Assembly (NCBI GenBank): GCA_963712145.1
Contig: CAVQGT010000002.1
Coordinates: forward strand, 294,678 to 358,677
Source: an uncultured Actinomycetota bacterium
Lineage (GTDB): Bacteria; Actinomycetota; Actinomycetes; Propionibacteriales; Nocardioidaceae
Direction: 5' to 3'
Length of the DNA stretch: 64,000 nucleotides
The notes below the pieces were generated by a model. That model did not search any database. It saw only the letters and a program-made list of their open reading frames with translations, and was not told the DNA's origin. This document shows, piece by piece, positions 57,296 through 64,000 of the stretch. Within the stretch, counting starts at the first letter, position 1, and each line of letters begins with the position of its first letter. Made by a program: the position numbers and the translations under genes.

Positions 57296-57868
57296 ATGCC
57301 CGGGAACCGACCGTCGCCGCGGGGCTCGCGCCCGCGCGCACAGTCGCGCCCGGGTAGCCGCACCCGTCCGGGCGGCGCGCGTCCCCGGGCGCAGGCAGCC
57401 ACCCCGGCGCCCGCGCCGCGGCCCCGGCTGACCGGCCGGGCCGCGATCCTCGTGCTGGTGCTCGCCGTGCTGATGGTGTCCTACGCCTCGAGCATGCGCG
57501 CCTACTTCGAGCAGCGGCACCACATGGACGACGTCCAGGCCGACATCGCCGAGTCCGAGGCCAACATCGAGGCGCTCCAGCGCGAGAAGGCCCGGTGGGA
57601 CGACCCGGCGTTCGTCCGGACGCAGGCGCGCCAGCGGTTCGGCTGGGTGCTGCCGGGGGAGATCGCCTTCCAGGTGATCGGCGAGGACGGCAAGCCGCTC
57701 GACCACGACGACTCGCTCACCGACCCCGCGGTCACCACCGAGGCCGACCAGCCGCTGTGGTGGGAGTCGGCCTGGGAGAGCGTCGAGGTCGCGGGCAACC
57801 CCGAGGAGCTGGACGACGTGCCGCCCCCCGCGATGAAGATCCGTGCCCCCAAACCGACCAAGCGGTGA
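57296..57868 (+). CDS. ftsB: Septum formation initiator FtsB/DivIC
   Basis: TM helix plus coiled coil, DPAFVRTQARQRFG..PGE; follows eno. Confidence 0.88.
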   Translation: MPGNRPSPRGSRPRAQSRPGSRTRPGGARPRAQAATPAPAPRPRLTGRAAILVLVLAVLMVSYASSMRAYFEQRHHMDDVQADIAESEANIEALQREKARWDDPAFVRTQARQRFGWVLPGEIAFQVIGEDGKPLDHDDSLTDPAVTTEADQPLWWESAWESVEVAGNPEELDDVPPPAMKIRAPKPTKR

Positions 57869-57875
57869 CCTCTCA

Positions 57876-58391
57876 GTGATCGAAGCCTCCGACGAGGCCG
57901 TGATCGGCGCCCAGCTCGGGCGCGCGCCACGGTCCATCCACGCCATCGGGCACCGCTGCCCGTGCGGCAACCCCGACGTGGTGGCCACCGAGCCCCGGCT
58001 CGACGACGGCACGCCGTTCCCGACGACCTTCTACCTGACCTGCCCGCGTGCGGCGTCGCTGATCGGCACCCTCGAGGCCTCGGGGCTGATGAAGGAGATG
58101 TCGGACCGGCTCGAGAGCGACCCCGAGCTGGCGGCGGCGTACCAGCGGGCGCACGAGTCCTACCTGGCCTACCGGGAGGAGATCGGGCACGTCCCCGAGA
58201 TCGCCGGGATCTCCGCGGGCGGGATGCCGACCCGGGTCAAGTGCCTGCACGTGCTCGCGGGCCAGTCCCTCGCTCAGGGTCCCGGGGTCAACCCGCTCGG
58301 TGACGAGGTGCTCGACCTGCTCGGCGAGTTCTGGGCGTCCGGGCCGTGCGTCACCGCTGACCAGGCCGGCGACGCGGACGGCGACGCGTGA
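57876..58391 (+). CDS. DUF501 family protein (Rv1025-like)
   Basis: QLGR, CPCG, PFPTTFYLTCP, GGMPTRVKCLH. Confidence 0.92.
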   Translation: MIEASDEAVIGAQLGRAPRSIHAIGHRCPCGNPDVVATEPRLDDGTPFPTTFYLTCPRAASLIGTLEASGLMKEMSDRLESDPELAAAYQRAHESYLAYREEIGHVPEIAGISAGGMPTRVKCLHVLAGQSLAQGPGVNPLGDEVLDLLGEFWASGPCVTADQAGDADGDA

Positions 58392-59311
58392 CCCGGGTCG
58401 GAGCGGTCGACTGCGGCACCAACACGATCAAGCTGCTCGTCGCCGACCTCGACCCCGCGACGGGCGACGAGACGACGCTGGTCCGCGAGCTGCGGATCGT
58501 GCGGCTGGGGCAGGACGTCGACCGCACCGGCCGCCTCGCCGACGAGGCCCTCGAGCGCACCTTCGCCGCCGTCGACGAGTACGCCGCGATCCTCGACGCG
58601 CATCGTGTCGACGCACTCCGCTTCTGCGCGACCTCCGCGTCGCGTGACGCGTCCAACTCCGACGTCTTCATGGCCGGGGTGCGCCAGCGCCTCGGCGTCG
58701 AGCCCGAGGTGGTCAGCGGCGACGTGGAGGCACAGCTGACGTACGACGGCGCCACGCGCGCGCTGCCTGACGTGCCGGCGCCGGTCCTGGTCGTCGACAT
58801 CGGCGGCGGCTCCACCGAGCTCATCCTCGGCGACGGGCACGGGCATGTCCGCGCAGCTCGCTCGCTGGACATCGGCTCGGTCCGGATCACCGAGCGGCTG
58901 ATGCCGTCCGACCCGCCCACCGCGGCCGAGCTCGACGCGGCCACGCGAGCGATCGACGACGCGCTCGACCTGCTCCCCGAGCACGGCGTGGACCTGGCTG
59001 ACGCCGGCACCGTCGTCGGGGTGGCCGGGACCATCACCACCGTCGCGGCCGTGCTCCAGGGCCTCGAGACGTGGGACCGGAGCAGGATCCACCACGCCCG
59101 GTTCCCCGTGGCCGACGTGCACACGCTCGCCGAGCGGCTGACGGCCATGACCGTGGCGCAGCGCGAGGGCCTGCACGTGCCCCCGGGACGGTCCGACGTG
59201 ATCGGTGCGGGTGCGCTGATCCTCGACCGGGTGCTGCGGCGTACCGGCCTCGACAGCCTGCTGGTCTCCGACTCCGACATCCTCGACGGGATCGCCTGGT
59301 CCGTGGCGTAG
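58388..59311 (+). CDS. ppx2: Exopolyphosphatase, Ppx/GppA family
   Basis: DCGTNT, ATSASRDA, DIGGGSTE, DILDG. Confidence 0.92.
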   Translation: MTRVGAVDCGTNTIKLLVADLDPATGDETTLVRELRIVRLGQDVDRTGRLADEALERTFAAVDEYAAILDAHRVDALRFCATSASRDASNSDVFMAGVRQRLGVEPEVVSGDVEAQLTYDGATRALPDVPAPVLVVDIGGGSTELILGDGHGHVRAARSLDIGSVRITERLMPSDPPTAAELDAATRAIDDALDLLPEHGVDLADAGTVVGVAGTITTVAAVLQGLETWDRSRIHHARFPVADVHTLAERLTAMTVAQREGLHVPPGRSDVIGAGALILDRVLRRTGLDSLLVSDSDILDGIAWSVA

Positions 59312-59361
59312 GTCGCGCCGCCCACAGGGTTGTCTCCGCCCCAGGTGGGTACGCGGCCCTC

Positions 59362-60441
59362 ATGACCACGCAACGCCACGCCCCGCCGGCACCTGCGCCG
59401 GACGCCGCCGAGAAGCCGGACTCGCCGGACGACCTGACCAAGCGGTCCTGGAAGTACGTCCTGCGCAAGTCGGTCCGGGAGTTCCTCGACGACAAGTGCA
59501 CGGACCTCGCCGCCGCCCTCACCTACTACGCGGTCCTGGCGATCTTCCCGGCGCTGCTGGCCCTCGTCTCCCTGCTCGGCCTCGTCGGCAGGGCCGATGA
59601 GTCGGTGAAGACGGTCATCGACGTGCTCAGGCCGCTGGTCACTCCCGACACGTTGAAGGTCGTCCAGCCGGTCGTGGAGGATCTGGCCTCGTCCACGGGA
59701 GCAGGCCTCACCGTCGTTCTCGGTCTCGCGCTCGCGCTGTGGTCGGCGTCGGGCTACGTCGGCGCCTTCTCACGCGCCATGAACGAGATCTACGAGATCC
59801 GGGAGGGGCGACCGTTCTGGAAGCTCCGCCCGGTGATGCTGCTGATCACCCTGGTCGCGGTGCTCCTGATCGCGGTCGCGCTGCTGATCCTGGTCCTGTC
59901 CGGTCCGGTGGCCACGTCCATCGGCAACGTGCTGGGTCTGGAGTCGTTCGTGGTCACGGCCTGGAGCTTCGCCAAGTGGCCGGTGCTGGGCCTGGTGATG
60001 GTGCTCGTGGTGGCGCTGCTCTACTACGCCACCCCCAACGTCAAGCAGCCGAAGTTCCGTTGGGTCTCCGTGGGTGCGGGTGTCGCCATCGTGACCTGGC
60101 TCATCGCGTCGCTGCTGTTCGGGATCTACGTCGCGAACTTCTCCAACTACAACAAGACCTACGGCTCGCTGGGCGGCGTCATCGTCGGCCTGCTGTGGCT
60201 GTGGATCACCAACCTCGCGCTGCTGCTGGGCGCGGAGATCGACTCGGAGATGGAGCGAGGACGCCAGCTCCAGGCCGGGATCCCCGCCGAGAAGGACCTC
60301 CAGCTGCCTGCGCGGGACACCCGCCAGATCGAGAAGGCCGAGGAGAAGGAGGCCGAGGACATCGAGCGGGGACGCGAGCTGAGGCTCGCCGCTGAACGAA
60401 ACGGACATGTGAACGACAACGAGGAAGGTGAAACCAGATGA
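59362..60441 (+). CDS. YihY/BrkB family membrane protein
   Basis: AAALTYY, AIFP, YGSLGG, GAE. Confidence 0.92.
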   Translation: MTTQRHAPPAPAPDAAEKPDSPDDLTKRSWKYVLRKSVREFLDDKCTDLAAALTYYAVLAIFPALLALVSLLGLVGRADESVKTVIDVLRPLVTPDTLKVVQPVVEDLASSTGAGLTVVLGLALALWSASGYVGAFSRAMNEIYEIREGRPFWKLRPVMLLITLVAVLLIAVALLILVLSGPVATSIGNVLGLESFVVTAWSFAKWPVLGLVMVLVVALLYYATPNVKQPKFRWVSVGAGVAIVTWLIASLLFGIYVANFSNYNKTYGSLGGVIVGLLWLWITNLALLLGAEIDSEMERGRQLQAGIPAEKDLQLPARDTRQIEKAEEKEAEDIERGRELRLAAERNGHVNDNEEGETR

Positions 60442-60743
60442 GGAAGCTGACCATGCTGACCGCCGGTGCGGCGGGATACGTCCTGGGCGCGCGTGCGGGC
60501 CGGGAGCGCTACGAGCAGATCAAGCGCGGTGCCGCGAAGCTGAAGAACAACCCGACCGTGCAGCGGAAGGCCCGCGAGGCCGGTGCCGCGGTCAAGGAGA
60601 ACGCACCGGTCGTCAAGGACAAGGTCGCCGAGGCCGCGGCGTCCGCCAAGGTCACCGCGCAGGAGAAGCTCGACCGCTCCGGCAGCGACGGCGACACCCA
60701 GGCGACGACGCCCGCCGCGGCCGCGCCCTACCCGCGGGGCTGA
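60438..60743 (+). CDS. Small hypothetical (YtxH-like) protein
   Basis: GYVLGARAGRERYEQI; ATGA overlap. Confidence 0.8.
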   Translation: MRKLTMLTAGAAGYVLGARAGRERYEQIKRGAAKLKNNPTVQRKAREAGAAVKENAPVVKDKVAEAAASAKVTAQEKLDRSGSDGDTQATTPAAAAPYPRG

Positions 60744-60769
60744 GCCCGGCACTTCGGCAGACTGGGGGG

Positions 60770-61633
60770 ATGACCACCCTCGGCAGCAGCTCCCCGTCAC
60801 CGCATCCGGTGACGGGGAGCTTGTTTCCCAGCCCCGTGCCGCCCGGGACCGGCTGGCCCGACGACCCCGCCACCGCGACCACGCCCGTGGCGAGGACCCC
60901 CGCCGCGGTACGACGCACCGCCGCGTCGGCCGACCTCGGGGAGCTCGAGGCCGCGGTCACGGTCTGCCGGGCCTGCCCGCGGCTGGTCCGCTGGCGCGAG
61001 GACGTGGCCCTCACGAAGCGGGCGTCGTTCGCCGACGAGCCCTACTGGGGCCGTCCGATCGCCGGCTGGGGCGACCCGGAGCCCGGTGTGCTGATCGTCG
61101 GGCTGGCCCCGGCCGCCAACGGCGGCAACCGCACCGGCCGGATCTTCACCGGGGACCGCTCCGGTGACTGGCTGTTCGCGTCGCTGCACCGGGTCGGGCT
61201 GGCCGCCCAGCCCACCTCCGTGCACGCCGGCGACGGGCAGCGCCTGCTCGGCGCCCGGATGGTGGCGGCGGTCCGCTGTGCGCCGCCGGACAACAAGCCC
61301 ACCACGGAGGAGCGGGACACCTGCGCGCCCTGGCTGCTCCGCGAGGTCACGCTGGTCCAGGAGTCGCTGCGCGCGGTGGTCTGCCTCGGGTCGTTCGGGT
61401 GGGACGCCGCCCTGCGGACGTTCCGGCAGCTCGGGTACGACGTGCCGAGGCCGAAGCCGCGGTTCGGCCACGCGGTGGAGGCGAACCTGGTGGCGCCCGA
61501 CGGCCGGGAGGTCGTGCTGCTCGGCAGCTACCACCCCTCGCAGCAGAACACGTTCACGGGGAAGCTCACCGAGCCGATGCTCGACGCCGTGCTGGGACGG
61601 GCCGCGGCGCTGGCGGGCCGCGTGGAAGGATGA
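60770..61633 (+). CDS. udgB: Family-5 uracil-DNA glycosylase
   Basis: CRACPRL, GLAPAANGGNRTGR, RCAPP, YHPSQQN. Confidence 0.93.
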   Translation: MTTLGSSSPSPHPVTGSLFPSPVPPGTGWPDDPATATTPVARTPAAVRRTAASADLGELEAAVTVCRACPRLVRWREDVALTKRASFADEPYWGRPIAGWGDPEPGVLIVGLAPAANGGNRTGRIFTGDRSGDWLFASLHRVGLAAQPTSVHAGDGQRLLGARMVAAVRCAPPDNKPTTEERDTCAPWLLREVTLVQESLRAVVCLGSFGWDAALRTFRQLGYDVPRPKPRFGHAVEANLVAPDGREVVLLGSYHPSQQNTFTGKLTEPMLDAVLGRAAALAGRVEG

Positions 61634-62157
61634 GTCGCGTGAGCCTGCACGCCATCACCGTCATCGGACACGACCGCCCCGGCATCATCGCGGAGACCAC
61701 GCGGGTGCTCGCGGACCTCGGACTGAACCTCGAGGACTCCACGATGACCCTGCTGCGCGGTCACTTCGCGATGATGCTCATCTGCGCGGGCGGCCACACC
61801 GCCGCCGAGGTCGAGGAGGCGCTGGCCGGTCTGACGGCCGACGGCTCGCTGACGGTCTCCGTGCGGGAGGTCCCGGAGGAGCCGGAGCACCGGGCCGTCG
61901 GGTCGTCGTACGTCCTCACCGTCCACGGCGGGGACCGCCCGGGCATCGTGTCGTCCGTCGTCACCGAGGTGGCGCGCGTGGGCGGCAACATCACCGACCT
62001 GACGACGCGGCTGGCCGGGGAGCTGTACCTCCTCGTCGCGGAGGTGGACCTGCCGGCGGGCGTCGACCTCGCGGGGCTGAAGGGCGCGCTCGACTCGGTG
62101 GCCGCCGACCTGGGCGTGGGGGTCACCCTGCGTGAGGTGGAGAGCGACGACCTGTGA
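61630..62157 (+). CDS. Tandem ACT-domain protein (GcvR-like)
   Basis: Two G.DRPGI ACT motifs. Confidence 0.88.
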   Translation: MSRVSLHAITVIGHDRPGIIAETTRVLADLGLNLEDSTMTLLRGHFAMMLICAGGHTAAEVEEALAGLTADGSLTVSVREVPEEPEHRAVGSSYVLTVHGGDRPGIVSSVVTEVARVGGNITDLTTRLAGELYLLVAEVDLPAGVDLAGLKGALDSVAADLGVGVTLREVESDDL

Positions 62158-62732
62158 GTCCCGAGCACGACGACGCGTTGGTGGACGACGCCGTCGGACG
62201 GTGGACCCCGGACGACCTCGGCATCGAGGGCAGCATCCTCGACGTGGTGCGCGCGCCGGCGTCGGTGCTGTCGACGGTGGGGTCCGAGGTGGACCCGGGC
62301 TCGCCCGAGATCGTGCGGCTCGCGGCCGACCTGGTCGCCACCATGCGGGTCTCCCCGGGCTGTGTCGGGCTGGCCGCGCCGCAGGTCGGGGTCGGGGTCA
62401 AGGTGTTCTGCGTCGACGTCAGCGAGCACCCCAAGACGCGTGCCCACCACGGCACGTTCGTGCTGTGCAACGCCGAGGTGGTCGAGTCCTCGCGCAACGA
62501 GAAGGCGCGTGAGGGCTGCATGAGCGTCCCGGACTTCACCGGCGACGTGAAGCGTCCGAGTCGCGTCGTCGTACGAGGCCAGCTGCCCGGCACGGGGGAG
62601 CAGGTCGAGGTGCGCGCCGAGGCGTTCGAGGCCAGGGCCCTGCAGCACGAGATCGACCACTGCGACGGGCTGTTGTTCCTCGACCGGGCGGCCGGGGCGC
62701 ACGCGATCTACCCCCGCAAGACCTATCTTTGA
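62154..62732 (+). CDS. def: Peptide deformylase
   Basis: GLAAPQ, EGCMS, QHEIDHCDG. Confidence 0.93.
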   Translation: MSPEHDDALVDDAVGRWTPDDLGIEGSILDVVRAPASVLSTVGSEVDPGSPEIVRLAADLVATMRVSPGCVGLAAPQVGVGVKVFCVDVSEHPKTRAHHGTFVLCNAEVVESSRNEKAREGCMSVPDFTGDVKRPSRVVVRGQLPGTGEQVEVRAEAFEARALQHEIDHCDGLLFLDRAAGAHAIYPRKTYL

Positions 62733-62754
62733 GCAGCCGCCGGGTTCCGGCGCA

Positions 62755-62827
62755 GCCCCCGTAGCCCAATGGCAGAGGCAGAGGTCTTAAAAACCTTTCA
62801 GTCTGGGTTCGAGTCCCAGCGGGGGCA
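62755..62827 (+). tRNA. tRNA-Leu(TAA), short variable loop
   Basis: GCCCCCG/CGGGGGC, GAGGT-CT-TAA-AA-ACCTT, CTGGG-TTCGAGT-CCCAG, discriminator A. Confidence 0.92.
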
Positions 62828-62872
62828 CCGCTCGTCCTCCCGCGCGCCGGCGCGGCCTGGCAGCATGGAGCC

Positions 62873-63649
62873 ATGTTCCCGCGCAGTGGGGGAATGAGGC
62901 CGCTCTTCGAGGACGACTTCGACGGTCCGGACCTCGACACGTCCGTCTGGTTGCCGCACTACCTGCCGGCATGGAGCTCGCGTGCAGCGAGCGCGGCGAC
63001 GTACTCGGTGGAGCACTCCTGCCTGCACCTGCGGATCCCGGTGAGCCAGGGCCTGTGGTGCGCGGGCGACCACGAGCCCCCGATGCGGGTGTCGGGCATC
63101 CAGTCGGGCAGCTTCTCCGGTCCCGTGGGGAGCGCCGTCGGGCAGCAGCCCTACCGGGAAGGCCTGACCGTGCAGGAGGAGCAGCCCGAGTTCTGGGGCT
63201 GGACCCCGGAGCGCGGCCTCATCGAGATGCGGGCGAGGGCGGTGCTGACCCCACGGTCGATGGTGGCCTTCTGGATGGTCGGCCTGGAGGATCAGCCCGA
63301 GCGCTCGGCCGAGATCTGCGTGGCGGAGATCTTCGGCAACGCGGTCGAGCCGGGACGGTCCGCGGCGGTGGGGATGGGGCTGCACAAGTTCCGAGACCCG
63401 GCCGTGAGCGAGGACTTCGAGGCGGTCCGGCTGCCGCTCGACGTCGCGGAGTTCCACGACTACGCCGTCGACTGGTCCGCCGAGCAGGTGGACTTCCTCG
63501 TCGACGGGACGCCGGTGCGGCGGTGTCAGCGGCCGCCGTCGTACCCGATGCAGCTGATGATCGCGGTCTTCGACTTCCCCGAGCCGGGCGGCGGGGTGGA
63601 GACCGAGCCGGCGCTGGTGGTCGACCACGTGCGCGGCCACGAGCGCTGA
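62873..63649 (+). CDS. Glycoside hydrolase family 16-like protein
   Basis: FEDDFDG, AFWM, AEICVAE (ExxxxE-like), FHDYAVDW. Confidence 0.78.
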   Translation: MFPRSGGMRPLFEDDFDGPDLDTSVWLPHYLPAWSSRAASAATYSVEHSCLHLRIPVSQGLWCAGDHEPPMRVSGIQSGSFSGPVGSAVGQQPYREGLTVQEEQPEFWGWTPERGLIEMRARAVLTPRSMVAFWMVGLEDQPERSAEICVAEIFGNAVEPGRSAAVGMGLHKFRDPAVSEDFEAVRLPLDVAEFHDYAVDWSAEQVDFLVDGTPVRRCQRPPSYPMQLMIAVFDFPEPGGGVETEPALVVDHVRGHER

Positions 63650-63711
63650 CCGCGGCGGCCTGGTCGGTGGGCCCGGGGTTTGCCGTCGCGTCAGACGGGC
63701 ACGGGGTGTGC

Positions 63712-64000
63712 ATGAGCGCCACGAATCCGAACGAAACGCGCGTCGACGGGCAGGACCCGACCCTCGGCGCCCTCGTCCATCAGCTGAGCGAGCAGACCTC
63801 CCAGCTGGTCCGCAGCGAGGTGGAGCTGGCCAAGGCCGAGCTCGCCGAGAAGGGAAAGAGCGCCGGGCTGGGGATCGGCTTGTTCAGTGCCGCCGGGCTG
63901 CTGGCGTTCTTCGGCACCGCCGTGGTGATCGCCGCCCTGATTCTCGCCCTCGCGCTGGCCCTGCCGGCCTGGGCGGCAGCCCTCGTCGTGGCCGTGGTCT
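63712..64000 (+). CDS. Phage-holin-like/DUF1469 (Holin-X) membrane protein, partial
   Basis: Manual translation ...LGALVHQLSEQTSQLVRSEVELAKAEL..KGKSAGLG followed by TM helices; runs off window. Confidence 0.85.
   Translation, partial: MSATNPNETRVDGQDPTLGALVHQLSEQTSQLVRSEVELAKAELAEKGKSAGLGIGLFSAAGLLAFFGTAVVIAALILALALALPAWAAALVVAVV

Noticed and set aside
63712-64000. Prophage (holin-like gene near tRNA-Leu)
   Set aside because: Holin-X/DUF1469 proteins are common chromosomal genes in Actinobacteria, and no phage genes are in the window.

Overview
High-GC actinobacterial chromosome segment, most consistent with Nocardioidaceae (inferred from gene content and synteny). It is mostly conserved core: glgC/glgA(glgM), mscL-SAF-FmdB(CIRCE)-5-formylTHF ligase-UGPase-moeA-moaC-mog-rimJ-sepX-tRNA-Ala, pmt-rsmI-tatD-rpfB-rsmA-ispE-ABC-F, tamR/tam, two desaturases, tRNA-Gln-glmU-prs-rplY-pth, mfd-mazG, and eno-ftsB-DUF501-ppx2. 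There are four tRNAs and small accessory patches. The strongest unexplained signal is an AbiEi-like/DUF559 (Vsr-like PD-(D/E)XK) nuclease gene bracketed by two near-identical 78-bp REPIN-like elements. Two diverged orphan copies of the same element lie elsewhere in the window, suggesting a nuclease/REP-type system without a RAYT transposase. Other notable signals: a 59-bp tandem repeat built from the 5' end of an atypical tRNA-Gln(UUG), a ~190-nt candidate structured RNA after tRNA-Ala, a REP-like insert read in frame inside mfd, a switch-like rpfB leader, a shared operator upstream of both desaturases, and a +1 frameshift in moeA. All calls are by eye; no searches were run.
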